Both the position numbers and the translations under genes were made by a program. From Octopus sinensis (Eukaryota), in the NCBI RefSeq assembly GCF_006345805.1, contig NW_021832841.1:34624-98623 (forward strand): a DNA stretch of 64,000 nt, read 5' to 3'. Shown piece after piece: positions 39,922 to 52,965 of this stretch. Below the pieces are notes generated by a model that ran no database searches, was not told where the DNA came from, and worked only from the letters and a program-made list of their open reading frames with translations. Position 1 is the stretch's first letter; every line of letters begins with the position of its first letter.

Positions 39922-42900
39922 CTACAGGATCATGCTCAAAATGGTTTCGTTACTAGCACGCACCATCTTTGCAACATTCACCCATCTTTTTTTGAATCTT
40001 TCGCGAGACAAAACTTCCCTCTCCATTCTCACCTTCCTTTTCAAGTGGTACTTGAAAAAGTTGATGAGCGATTGGCCAGAGAGGTAAGTGTTTGTCTCTA
40101 ATCCTTTCGCTCGAGTCCACCACACACATTCTTTCACCATGGCCACCAGTACGATGAAAACTGCCTTGCCTTCCCGGTTGAGGGAAGGGGGCGGAGCAAT
40201 TCTCACGATAGACTCGGCCGATAGGCGGATTCGTCCCACACGTGACAGCAGCCGTTCGGCATAAGCCCACAGGTCGGAAATGGTTGGACATTGCACGAGT
40301 GCGTGCAGAACGGTTTCGTCGCTCTGACCGCATCTCGGCAAGTCGGTCCAGTGTGTCTGGAACCGTGTCTGTAGAGCTTATCCCGAACAGGTAATGCTTC
40401 TCGATAGCACTGCCAGGCCAGAGATCTTTGGTGATTGTTCATAGGTCCCGGCCCGAAAGTTGTCCTGAACAGGCGGGTCAGGTGTTCCTCGTCGACGCCC
40501 AGACTCTGCCCGAGTTCGTCGTCGCACCTCCCCTCCACTAATCCTCTATAGAATGCCTTTTTGTGATGGAGTCGCACAAGTTCGATCCCGGACGGCAGAG
40601 TTGCTTGAGAGCAACGCGACACTCGCGGTGCCATTCGCCTAGCCTCGGTCTCTGCTTGATCCATGACTGTAGTTCGTCCAAGGAGACGAGCTGCGGGAAA
40701 GCGCGCCGCACAAAAGGCGACCACCCCTGTTCACCGTTGTCTATGAAGCGCCGGAGATGTCGCAGTCTCAGCGCATGTCTGCGCATCATCAACCACGGCA
40801 TGCCCAGCCCTCCATTTAGCGGGTGTTGGCAGCAAATGGATCGCCTAACCATCGGAACGTTTCCCTTCCACAAGAAGCGGAAGAGTATGCGTTCCAGTTT
40901 GGTGATGGTAGGGTCGGGACAAGGCACGACGGTCAGACGATACTCGATGACGGATGCGATGTACGCGTTCGCCACCTCCGCCCGACCTTTTAGGGATAGC
41001 TTTCTCTCAGTCCATTTCTGGGTGAGAGAAGCCACCCTAGTCGTTATCTCGCCCCAGTTCTTCTCCATTTGGAGGTCCGGACCGAACCAGACCCCGAGCA
41101 ATTTAACCGGTCCGTCCGTCCAGCGTCCCACGATGGAGACGCTGTTGGACGGCATGGACTTGCTTCTCCAGGTGCCGAGCCGCAAGCCCACTGACTTTTC
41201 CCGGTTAATTTTTGCTCCCGTTACCGCTTCGTATTCTTTCAGTGTCTCGCCGACCAGCTCGATGTGCTCGTAGCTCGACACTATGACGGTGACGTCATCC
41301 GCGTATGCAGACACGCTCCTCCCGCATCCCAGCTCTCGTGGGATGCCCCTCAGCGTCGCCAGTTTCCGCAGTAGTGGCTCAAGAGTCAGTACATACAGCA
41401 GCGATGAGAGGGGGCATCCCTGACGAACCGAACGCATGATGTTAAAAGGTCTGGATAGATGACCATTTACGCGAACTACTGAGCGGATGCCGCTGTATAA
41501 GGCAGCGATCCAACCGCGGAAGGAAAACTGGACCGAAACCAGCCGCTTTGAGGACAGCCTCCAAGTAGTGATGGTCTACCCTATCGAAGGCTTTTGATTG
41601 ATCCAAATTGATCAGCGCCCCACCCATGCCAGGATTTTTAACTACCCTGTCTATGATGTAGCGCATCAGATGGAGGTTGTCATGAATACTTCTACCCGGC
41701 ACGGCGCATGTTTGCGCCTTGTCGATTAGTTTCTTGATGACAAGCGCCAACCTCTCGGCTAACACCTTGGCCAAAATTTTCAAATCTGCGTTGAGCAGAG
41801 TGATGGGCCTGAAATTATCTATGACGTCCCCCTTGTTTGGGTCTTTCTTGATCAGTGCCACTGCTCCTCGCTTTACAAAAGCAGGAATACTCCCGTTCTG
41901 CTGCCAGTTGCAGTAGACAGCTGCCAAGACGCCTCCAAACAAGTCTGGCATATGAAAATAAAATTCGTAGGGCAGACCATCCAAGCCTGGTGACTTGTCT
42001 CTCGCGCAGCCTACCATCGCATCCTGTACATCCGCAGCTGTGATAGGCTTTTCACAAGACTCCACCTCCCTTGCTGAGAGTCGTGGCAAGGCATGCAGGT
42101 AGGCACTAAAGTCCACTCTGCTTTCTGACTCACCACTTGTCCCAAACAGTTGGGTGAAGTGTTGTTGAAAAACCCCACACATCCTTTTAGGCTCGAGCAA
42201 TTCGCGCCCCTGTTCATCTATAAGAGACTTGATGGTGGCTCTGTTGCCTCGTTGCGTCTCCACCACTCGGGCCTCTTGGGCGGCTCCAACTCCTTCGTTC
42301 CTCAGAGCACGCATCCTAGCTCTGACAACGCATCCCTCGTGTTTGGCGTTGAGGTGTTGGTCGAGGGCCAATCTCGCCGCCAGTACGTTGGACGCGATGC
42401 CAGTTCTAAGTGCCTCTTCTAAAACCTTAACTAATTTCCCTCTATTCTATTTCGGTCTAATGCTAAGGCTCTACTGTATCTGGTGATTCTGCTTTAATCG
42501 CTTTTTTAGGGCATACCACCATCTGTTGTTGATGATGGTACCCGTCAAAGCTCTCTTAACTAATGTGCTGATCCGGTCCCTGTAAACCTGTCGTGCTGTA
42601 AAAGACGCGTTCAGTTTCCAGTAACCAGGACCCTGCCCTGTGTTCTTATCTAAGTCAAGTGTACAAGTCACAAACTTGTGATCTGTGTAACTGACTATAT
42701 GAAATTGTGGACAACCTACACTATTTTTATCTATTGTCCTACAGAATACTCTGTCTAAGTATGATCTGGACGACCCGATGCGGTTACTCCATGTCCACAT
42801 TGGCACATTCGGGTGGTCCAGTCGGTACCTGTCAGACAGTTGGAAACGTCTGAGCAGGTCTTTGAGGCATTTGCATCCCCTTCTATTGCTATCTCTGCCC

Positions 42901-43357
42901 ACGTAGTCTAGATGCGTGTCCAGGGGGCATTCCAATCCCCCACTAAAAGAAAGGACGAGACGTTCCCATGAAAGACTCTAGACGTCGAAAGAAATCTGGT
43001 CGGCCTGTTAAGGACGGAGCATAAACTGCTATCAGTCGAAAAGCACACTCATTGCTGCCATCGACATCCAAAACGACCAGCCTACCCTCCGGGTCTAGGA
43101 AATTTGCTCTTACTTTGAGATCCAGACTCTTCCGGATAAGCACCGCGGTGCCACCTCCGCCCATTCTCGGTAGACACGGAGAGAAAATAAATGTTGAAAT
43201 GTGTACCGAAAATGTGCTGGAGTGCCCGCAAGCTGTGGAGTCTGGTCTCACTGATGGCTATGATATTCAGATTTAGTGACTTGATGTCATTTAACAGGTA
43301 GCCTTGTTTCCAAGGCGACCCCAAGCCACGTACATTTATACTACCTATTCTGAGCAT
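39922..43357 (-). pseudogene. Tx1 ORF2 (AP endonuclease, reverse transcriptase, C-terminal zinc finger), frameshifted
   Basis: MLRIGSINVRGL...AISET, SYTDH, PGYWKLN, KSPGLDGL, NFRPITLLNADLKILAK, LDQSKAFDRVDH, VRQGCPLS, AYADD, C..C...DETVLH. Confidence 0.9.
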
Positions 43358-43398
43358 GTCCGATAAAAGTGCAAAAAAGGAAAAGGAGAGAGAAAAGG

Positions 43399-45546
43399 TT
43401 ACTTGTTTTTCGAAAGTTCTTTGTCTTTCACCTCACGGTCTTCTTCTATGAGGCTTTTATACAGTTTTTTGATGAGTACTTTTGAAATCTCCCTACTGCA
43501 TCAGGGTAAAGAGATTTCAGGGTGCTGTATGTGTTCTGTGTCACGTGTATTATTTTAATGTGTTGTGGTGGTGTGTATGGGGTGGGTGGTTACTTGTTTT
43601 TATGTCGTTTTCAGTAATGTTAGTGTTTGACCTAATGTGTTCCATTAGGTCGTGGTTGTTTGTGTTTATGGCTGTCAACATTTTTGGGGGGTTTGATGAT
43701 GGTGTGTTTGTGTTGATGTGTGTTTTCTGTGGATGTTTTTTGTTCGGGAGTGGTGTATCTTCCCGCTTTGTTTGTTATTTTTTCTTTTCTTTTTTTTCCC
43801 CTTTTTCTTCTCCCCCTGTGGCTATTTGCCAATCTTCCGTGTCTTCTTCGTCTAATGACAGATCAGACGAATCGGAGTCTGGAAGAGGGAAAGAATTGGG
43901 GTCTATTGTCGACTGTGTTGGTTTTGTTGTTGGTGTTGGTGTGGTTGGTGAGCGTTTGGTTGTGGTGTATGCGGTTTTGGATGTGGGGTTTGGGTATTTT
44001 GTGTTTGAGTGATTGTGGGTATTGTTGTGTTGTTTAGGGTCTCAATTTTGTGGGGATTTGGAGTTGTAATTGTTTCTTCATTTTTGCTGGGTGTCTTTTT
44101 GGCAGATGTCCTTGGTTTGGGAGTTGGTATATTCTTGGTTGTTGTTGTTGGTGATGATTTGCTTCTGTTCTTGGTGCTGCAGTTGGTGGTGGTTGTTTGT
44201 TTGGTGAGGTTTGTTCCTGCAAAAAGTGGTGGTGTGGGTAGTAAACCTTGTTTATTTGTTTTTTTCCGGCTGCTGTTGTTGTTGCTGTTGTTTTCTTGCG
44301 GCAGATTTGCAGTCTTTTTTGAGGTGTTGCTCACTGCCGCATATGTAGCAACGTGGTCTTCTGCCATCGACGACCACATATAACTTGTGGTCGTCTGATA
44401 CACATATCTGGGTGGGTATTTTTTTTATATCCTCATGATGTATATGTAGAAGAAATTCTATTTTTTGTCCCACCCAGTTTTTATGCTCTGTGACTGTGGT
44501 TTCCAAAATAGTATAGTTCGCCATTTTTACGCATAGGGCCTTTACAAGCCATAGCTATTGGCTATTTTGGGGACATTGTTTAGAGTGATCTTAGTCACTT
44601 TCTGTCCCCGATAGCTTGGTGTAAGTTGGAGTTCATCTGAGTGAAGAGTTAGCGTTGAGAAATGTCTAGCTAACTCTTCGGTGTAGAAAACAACTTGTAT
44701 GTGGGCAAATTTGTTCCACCAGGTTACATATTCTTTGTGATCCCAGATGGGTTTCAAGCACTTCTCTATTTTGCTTGTGTTGGCCTTCTCTGGGATTTTT
44801 GTTTTTTTGTTAACTATTTTATAAATGATTGTTCGTCTTTTTTCATTTTCCAAAATATCTTCTGGTATGTTTAATTTTACTATACCTTCTGATTCTGTTA
44901 TTTTGATGTTCGTGTCCTGTATTGTTGGGCCGTAAAGTATATTGTTTTTTTTTTTCTTTAATCGCCTCAGCGAAATTTGTTGTTGTTTTGTTATTGTTGT
45001 TGCTTGTGTGATGTTGTTGTTGGCTGCAGTTTGTAAAATTGGTGTGTTTGGTTCGATCGTGCTAGTAGGAAGGGGTGGAAAATTGCCTGCGTACTTTAGT
45101 CCTGCACTAGGGCAAAATTCGACATTTCGTTTGCTTGTCGTCGTTTTTTTTCACTTGTTGGTGATGGAGTGAGCAGTGGTTGAAGGGAATTGTTGTTCGT
45201 CGTTGTTGTTGTTGTTATTGTCGTTCTTGGTGACGGCGGTGGTGTTGGTAGTATTAGTAGCATTGACGGCACGGTCTTGGTGGCGGTGATGGTGATGTTG
45301 TTATTGGTGGCGATATCTTTAGTAGGGATAGCAGTTTTAGTAGCAGATTCTGCCATGGTGTGGTGGTGGTGGGGTGGACTCACTGATGGTGTTGACGGTG
45401 CTTGGCCTTGCGACCTTTGTTTTGTATTTGTTGCTGTTGGTGGTGGTGGGGTTGTCAGGTTCGGCGTATGCTAACAGAGCATCCTGTTTTTCTGTTTCTG
45501 CGTCACGCTTCACTTGCAACTCAGCCTCGTGGTGGCCAGTGGCCAT
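43399..45546 (-). pseudogene. Tx1 ORF1 (gag-like nucleic-acid-binding protein), frameshifted
   Basis: Starts MATGHHEAELQ; T/N/K-rich low-complexity segments; CX2CX4HX4C knuckle RCYICGSEQHLKKDC. Confidence 0.78.
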
Positions 45547-45765
45547 TTTGGAAATAAAATGGCTAAATGAAACCACGAAGGCTATGAGAATTTTTTCTTT
45601 TAATTTTGCCCACAAGGGGCAAAATTTTGTGTCGATATTTATCAAAGGTTTACAGTGGATGTTGTTGCACAACTTTTAAGCACAAAATGTTTGTCAATAT
45701 ACACTTTTAAATAGTCAAAATAAATGATTACCTTCGGAGCTGAAACGACATCACATCCGTCAGAG

Positions 45766-45819
45766 AGATAGATAGATAGATAGATAGATAGGTAGGTAGA
45801 TAGATAGATACATACATGC

Positions 45820-45872
<53 letters not shown>

Positions 45873-45898
45873 TAGATAGATAGATATATAGATAGATA
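45766..45898. repeat. (AGAT)n spacer between the two Tx1 copies
   Basis: Direct reading. Confidence 0.97.
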
Positions 45899-48800
45899 TG
45901 TTTCTTTATTAGCCACACAGGGCTGCACACAGATAGAACAAATTACAAGGTAGAGCTTTTCTTTTGAAGGTATTAAAAAAAAAAAAAAAAAAAAAAAAAA
46001 GGGAAGGGGAGGTTCGATCAAAAGGGATCGTAAAAGGAGAGAAAGAGGACAAAAATAAGGGGGGTTAAAAAAAAAAAAAAAAAAGGGGGGGGGAGAGGAA
46101 AAAAAAATTATCAATAGGGATCGTTATCACAGAAATGTCAATATGAAGTGTAAAGGGGAGGACAGGTGAGGTTTACCCGTGGAAAGAAAAGCCTGCGGAA
46201 AAGACCACGGTAACCTCGGTCAATGAAGTCACATTTTATATTTCTTTTTTTTTTTTTTTTTTTTTTGCAAATAAGCAACTCTCTGTTTTCGATTTCTGGG
46301 TTCATAGGACTATGCTCAAGGTGGCTTCGTCATTCATACGTGCCATTCTTGCTACATTCACCCATCTTTTTTTAAAACATTCGCTAGACAAAACTTGCCT
46401 CTCTACTCTCACTTCCTTTTCAAGTGGTACTTGAAGAAGTTGATGAGAGATTGACCAGAGAGGAAAGTGTTTGTCTCCAATCCTTTCAGACGCGTCCACC
46501 AGATACATTCTTTCGCCATAGCCACAAGGATGATGAAAATAGCTCTTCCTTCCCGTTTGAAGGAAGGAGGCGTGACAATATTGACGATAGACGCAGCTGA
46601 TAAACCGACTCGTCCCACACGTGACAGCAGTTGTTCGACATAAGCCCACAGGTCGGAAATTGTTGGACACTGAACGAGTGCGTGCAGAACGGTTTTTCGT
46701 CTCTGACCGCATCTCGGGCAGGTCGGCCCCGTGTTTCTCGAGCCGTGTCTGTAGAGCTTATCCCGAACGGGTAGCGCTTCTCGGTAGCACTGCCAGGCCA
46801 GGGATCTCTGGAAGTTGTCCATGGGCCCTGGCCCGAAAGTCGTCCTGAACAGGCGGGTCAGGTACTCCTCGTCGACGTCCAGGCTCGCCCCGAGCTCGTC
46901 GTCGTACCTCCCCTCCACTAAACCCCATAGAATGCTTTGGTTGTGTTGAAGTCACTTAAGGTCGACCCAGGACGGCAGAGTTGCTTGAGAGCAACGCGAC
47001 ACTCGCGGTGCCATTCGCCCTTCCTCGGCCTCTTTTTGATCCACGACTGCAGTTCGGTCATGGAGACGAGCTGCGGGAAAGCGTGCCTCACAAACGGCGA
47101 CCACACCTGTTCACCGTCGTCTACATAGAGCCAGAGATGTCGCAGTCTCAGCGCGTGTCTGCGCATCATCAACCACGGCATGCCCAGCCCTCCTTTTAAC
47201 GGGTGTTGACAGCAAATGGATCGCCTGACCATCGGGACGCATCCTTTCCACAAGAAGCGAAAGAGGATGCGTTGTAGTTTGGTGATGGTAGGGTCGGGAC
47301 AAGGTACGACGGTCAGGCGGTAGTAGATGACGGACGCGATGTACGTGTTCGCCACCTCCGCTCGACCTTTTAGGGACAGTTTCCTCTCGGCCCATTGCCG
47401 GGCGAGAGTGACCACCCTACTCGTTATCTCGTTCCAGTTCTTCTCCACTTGGAGGTCGGACCAAACCAGACCCCGAGCAACTCAACCGGGCCGTCGGTCA
47501 GCGTCCCACGACGGAGGCGCTGGTGGACGGCATGGGCTTGCTTCTCCAGTGCCTAGTCGCAAGCCCACTGACTTTTCCCGGTTGATTTTCGCTCCTGTCA
47601 CCGCTTCGTAGTTTTCAGGTGCCTCGCCGACCAGCTCGATGTGCTCGTAGCTAGACACTATGACGGTGACGTCGTCCGCGTATGCAGACACGCTCGTCCC
47701 GCATCCCAATTCTCGCGGGATGCCCCTTAGAGTCGCCAGCTTCCGCAGTAGTGGCTCAAGAGTCAATACGTATAGAAGCGCCGAGAGGGGGCATCCCTGA
47801 CGGACCGAACGTGCAATGTCGAAAGGTCTCGATAGATGTCCATTTACGCGAATTACCGAACGGATGCCTCTGTACAAGGCAGCTATCCAGCCGCGGAAGA
47901 CGGGACCGAAACCAGCGCTCTCAGGACTGCCTCCAAGTATCGATGGTCTACCCTATCAAAGGCTTTTGATTGATCCAAGTTGATCAGGGCCCCACCCATG
48001 CCAGGTTCGTTAACTACCTGTCTATGATGTAGCGCATCAGATGGAGGTTGTCATGGATGGTCCGGCCTGGCACGGCGCATGTTTGCGCCTTGTCGACCAG
48101 TTTCTCGATGACAAGCGCCAACCTCTTGGCTAGCACCTTGGCCAAAATTTTCAAGTCTGCATTAAGCAGAGTGATGGGCCTAAAGTTATCTATTACATTT
48201 CCCTTGTTAGATCTTTCTTCAGCAGTGTTACGGCTCCTCGGCTCACAAACCCAGGAATGCTCCCGTTTTGCTGCCAGTTGCAGTACACCGCCGCCAAGAG
48301 ATCTCCAAACAATCTGGCATACAATTGTAAAGCTCGTAGGGTAGACCATCCAAACCCGGTGATTTGTCCCTCGAGCATTCTGCCATCGCTTCCCGCACTT
48401 CCACCGCCGTGATGGCACCTCGCAGCAGCACCTGCCTTTCTTGTCGAGAGTCGTGTAGGCTATGTAGGTAGGCACTGAAGTCCACCCTACGTTCTTGCCC
48501 TCCACTCGTTCCGAACAGTCGGGCAAAATGCTGCTGAAAGGCCTCACACATTTTACTTGGCTCGAGCAATTCGCGCCCCTGTTCATCTACCAGTGACCGA
48601 ATGGTGGCTTTGTTGCCCTGTTGCGCCTCTGCCACCCGGGCCTCTCTCTCGCGGCTCCAACACCTTCGTTCCTTAGAGCACGCATCCTAGCTCTGACAGC
48701 ACATCCTTCGTGTTTGGCGTTGAAGTGTTGGTCGAGGGCCAACCTCGCCGCCAAAACGTCGGATGCGATGCCGCTTCTAATTGCCTCTTCTAGCTTCTTA

Positions 48801-49553
48801 ACTAGCTCACCCTCTACTCTATTTCTATCTATGGCTAGTGCTTTGCTGTACCTAATCGCTTCTTTCTTTTACTGCTCTCTTGAGGGCAAACCACCATTTG
48901 TTGTTGATGATGGCTCCCGTCAAAGCCTCTTTACTAGTGTGCTAATCCGGTCTCTGAAAACTTGTCTCGATGGGAAAGACGCGTTTAGTTTCCAGTATCC
49001 GGGACCCTGCCTAAGTGTCTTACCTAAGTCTAGCGTACATGTCACAAGTTTGTGATCCGTGTAGCTGACTATGTGGAATTGTGGACATCCTATGCTATCT
49101 CTATCTACTGTCCTACACAGTATCCTATCTAGATACGATCTCGACGACCCGATGCGGTTGCTCCATGTCCACGTTGGCGCATTCGGGTGGTCTAGTCGAA
49201 ACCTGTCAGACAGTTGAAAGCGTCTGAGCAGGTCTCTGAGGCATTTGCATCCCCGTCTATTCCTATCTCTACCACGTAGTCTACATGCGTGTCCAAGGTA
49301 GCATTCCAATCCCCCACTAAGAGTAAAGGACGAGACGTTTCCAAGAAAACTTCTAGACGTTGAAAGAAATCCCGCCGACCTGTTAAGGGCGGTGCGTAAA
49401 CTGGTACGAGCCGAAAAGCGCACCCATTGCTGCCGTCGACATCCAGGACGACCAGTCTACCCTCCGGGTCTACGAATATTGTCCTTACATACATTGAGAT
49501 CCAGACTCTTGTGAAAAGTACCGCGGTACCACTACCGCCCATTCTCGGCAGAC

Positions 49554-49554
<1 letters not shown>
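45899..49554 (-). mobile_element. 5'-truncated Tx1 LINE, copy 2 (sister subfamily)
   Basis: Colinear with ORF2 of copy 1 from within the endonuclease ([10 protein letters not shown]) to the stop at about 46302; many synonymous-looking differences; same 3' terminus; (TATC)n on both sides. Confidence 0.9.
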
Positions 49555-49587
<33 letters not shown>

Positions 49588-49627
49588 TAGACAGACAGAC
49601 AGACAGACAGACATCAGACAGATATAT

Positions 49628-49693
<66 letters not shown>

Positions 49694-49695
49694 GA
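49555..49695. repeat. (AGAT)n/(AGAC)n tract
   Basis: Direct reading. Confidence 0.96.
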
Positions 49696-50013
49696 GATAC
49701 GTAGGTTTGTAGAACGAACCTCACTCATCAGGCACCTAGAAACATGTCCTTTAGGCTTAAGGTTTAAAATATCCATAAATATAGATTCCGCCTGATCGAA
49801 GTGTCCAGAATTTTAGGATATGATTGAGTGGCAATCGGAATCTCATCCCACTGCCAGAGTCCTATGTGCCGCTTACGGAATTTGAATTTATTGTATTCAT
49901 GGTTCTTCCTTTCTTTGCAAAATAGCAAATTATATGTTCATTTTCATGTTGAAAAGAAAAAGAACTTCTGAAGTGAGACTTCCATAACAACCTCACTGGT
50001 AGTTTATATTCTA

Positions 50014-50409
50014 CTAGCAGTATCGCCCGGCGTTGCTCGGGTTTGTAAGGGAAATAACTATATAAGCATTTTTAGAGAGTTATAGCCAAAAAATAGCAAA
50101 AAAATGCATTAAAAATGGGAAAACAATGATGGTAATTTTTTTTTAAATCGTTGACTCATCGTAGACATTTTTAGAGAGTTACTTCCCTTATATAATAACG
50201 AAAAAAATGCATTAAAATAGAAAAAATTATGGTAAATTTTTTTTAAATCGAAGACTCATCGTAGACGCGCGCTAATACCCAGAAGGGCTCGATACGAATC
50301 ACGACTATAAAATACCCGGTTTTGGTTACACTGCATCGCAAAATGTGGGAGTAGTTAGGAATCTAAATCGTAGGAGACAGACACACAACTTGACTTTTAT
50401 ATATAAAGA
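50014..50409 (-). mobile_element. Non-autonomous Helitron (about 396 bp)
   Basis: Minus strand begins A|TC and ends with hairpin CCCG-AGCAACGC-CGGG then CTAG|T; no TSD; internal duplication of about 100 bp. Confidence 0.82.
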
Positions 50410-50432
50410 TATACATAATACATATATATATA

Positions 50433-50665
50433 TATTTCTTTACTGCCCACAAGGGGCTAAACATAGAGGGGGGACAAACAAGGACAGACAAAGGGATTAA
50501 GTCGATTACATCGACCCCAGTGCGAAACTGGTACTTTATTTATCGACCCCGAAAGGATGAAAGGCAAAGTCGACCTCGGTGGAATTTGAACACAGAGCGT
50601 AACGACAGACGAAATACCGCTAAGCATTTCGCCCGGCGCGCTAACGTTTCTGCCAGCTCGCCGCC
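50433..50665 (-). mobile_element. SINE family C
   Basis: Full length, TA-rich flanks. Confidence 0.9.
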
Positions 50666-50744
50666 TATATATATGTTGTGTGTGTGTGTGTGTGTGTGTA
50701 AATATAATATGTGACAATTATTCGGTAGCCATGATAAAACTCCG

Positions 50745-50833
50745 AGTTTTATATATATATACATATATATAATATATATAATATATTATATTATATATAT
50801 ATATATATATACATACATACATATCTACATATA

Positions 50834-50872
<39 letters not shown>

Positions 50873-50969
50873 TTATTTATATATACATACATACATACAT
50901 ATATTACATATTATATATATATATACATATAATATATATTTATTTATATATACATATATACATATCTAC

Positions 50970-51000
<31 letters not shown>

Positions 51001-51105
51001 CATATCTACATATATACATATATATATATATACATACATACATATCTACATATATATATATATATACATACATACATATCTATATCTATCTATATATATA
51101 TATAT

Positions 51106-51139
<34 letters not shown>

Positions 51140-51150
51140 TATAATATTAT

Positions 51151-51195
<45 letters not shown>
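50745..51195. repeat. (TA)n/(CATA)n compound microsatellite
   Basis: Direct reading. Confidence 0.95.
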
Positions 51196-51196
<1 letters not shown>

Positions 51197-51649
51197 TCAT
51201 TTATTGACTAAATCGAACAGGTATTGAACTACGAGCGTATGTATGAATCATAACTTCAAGTCTGCTGCAGATTTTTCGTTATCATTTTCAACAAAATATG
51301 TAATTCATCTCGATGTTCCAGTCTATTTATTGTCTCTAAGAAGAAACATGCTTACTCTCAAGGCGGACATTTGTCTCTCCTCTGCTTAACTGCACAAGAA
51401 CCAGCATTAACCACCGGTCACATAGAACTCTATGATCCGTGAAAAAAGTTGCTTCTGCACTCACACACACAACACACACACACACACAAATATCTATTTA
51501 TCTATTTATCTGTCTTTCTATATATCTGTGTGTGTGTGTGTGTGTGTGTGTGTAGTTGTATGTTCATAATTTAACATTAGTGATTACATACTTATACATA
51601 CCTCAACATATATGCATACACATACACATACATATGAGTGAGTAGGTGT

Positions 51650-51877
51650 GACGGCGAGCTGGCAGAACCGTTAGCACGCCGGGCGAAATGCTTAGCGGTA
51701 TTTCGTCTGCCATTATGTTGTGAGTTCAAATTCCGCCGAGGTCGACTTTGCCTTTCATCCTTTCGGAGTCGATAAATTAAGTACCAGTTACGCACTGGAG
51801 TCGATGTAATCGACTTAATACCTATGTCTGTCCTTGTTTGTCCCCTCTGTGTTTAGCCCCTTGTGGGTAATAAAGAA

Positions 51878-51880
<3 letters not shown>
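51650..51880 (+). mobile_element. SINE family C
   Basis: Full length; tail runs directly into (TATG)n. Confidence 0.9.
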
Positions 51881-51908
<28 letters not shown>

Positions 51909-52108
51909 TGTATGTATGTATGTATGTATGTATGTATGTATGTATGTATGTATGTATGTATGTATGTATGTATGTATGTATGTATGTATGTATGTATGTA
52001 TGTATGTATGTATGTATGTATGTATGTATGTATGTATGTATGTATGTATGTATGTATGTATGTATGTATGTATGTATGTATGTATGTATGTATGTATGTA
52101 TGTATGTA

Positions 52109-52149
<41 letters not shown>

Positions 52150-52215
52150 TGTGTGTGTGTGTGTGAGTGAGTGAGTGAGTGTGTGTGTGTATGTATGTAT
52201 GTATGTATGTACGTA
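51880..52215. repeat. (TATG)n followed by (TG)n
   Basis: Direct reading. Confidence 0.97.
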
Positions 52216-52231
52216 CGTACGTATGTATGTA

Positions 52232-52445
52232 TTTTATCTTTTACTTGCTTCAGCCCTTAACCTCTGGTCCTGATGTGGCACAACCCTAAAGGGTTTTACC
52301 GAATATATTTACCCCAGTACTGATTTTCTTTTTAATCCTGCTACTTATTATATCGCTCCTTTTTTTGCCGAACTGCTATGTTACGGGGATTTCAACAAAC
52401 CAACAACAGTTGTCAAGGGCTAGTGGGGAACAAATCCAAACACAA
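52232..52445 (-). mobile_element. Decayed SINE family B, 3' half
   Basis: TTTTACTTGCTTCAG...TTTTGCCGAAC..CTA.GTTACGGGGA...TTGTCAAG. Confidence 0.6.
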
Positions 52446-52680
52446 ACACATACACAGATATATACCAATACACGCACACACACACACACAACACACACAC
52501 ACACACACACACATATAGATATATATATAGAGAGAGAGATACATACACACATGCATATACGTCTACATATATATTTATATATTTATATATTTATATATAC
52601 ATACATACATACATACATATATACATACATGCATACATACGTACATACATACATATATACCTATATATATATATATATAT

Positions 52681-52965
52681 ATAACTGAAATTAAAACATT
52701 ATTGGTGAATTGAAGAAATGGCTGAACGCAGATTGAACAGAAATCGTTTTATTTCATTCTACACGTGTTTCGAAAGGCACAAATTACCAAAATCCGATTG
52801 AATAAATGGGACCATATTGTGTCTTTCTCTTCAGGAAGAAAAAAGGAAATCCGTTGGAAAAACAAAAAAGAACAGAGGCGGAGCAAAAAACAAATCGAAC
52901 TGTGCTCTAAGAGCCCATGGCGAAACTGTTTATCAGTGTATGTTGAGAACCGGTGGCTGAAGAAT
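52681..52965 (-). repeat. Left inverted repeat of the PLE (about 285 bp)
   Basis: Reverse complement of 55843-56128 apart from a few differences, mostly 1-2 bp indels. Confidence 0.95.
52753..52841 (-). ncRNA. Type I hammerhead ribozyme motif (inverted copy)
   Basis: Reverse complement of the motif at 55967-56055 with the core intact. Confidence 0.78.

Larger units (their letters stand above)
39618..45765 (-). mobile_element. Full-length Tx1/L1-clade LINE, copy 1 (about 6.1 kb)
   Basis: 5' UTR, ORF1 with CCHC knuckle, ORF2 APE-RT-zinc finger, 3' UTR ending AATAAAAGAAAG; (TATC)n on both sides of the sense strand. Confidence 0.92.

Noticed and set aside
43482-45474. Long V/L/C/F-rich + strand ORFs resembling membrane proteins
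   Set aside because: Antisense shadows of the A/C-rich Tx1 ORF1
49695-49740. Minus-strand CTGATGAG..TTCG..AAAC motif
   Set aside because: G12 missing, weak stem II and no stem I partner; possibly decayed but not supportable
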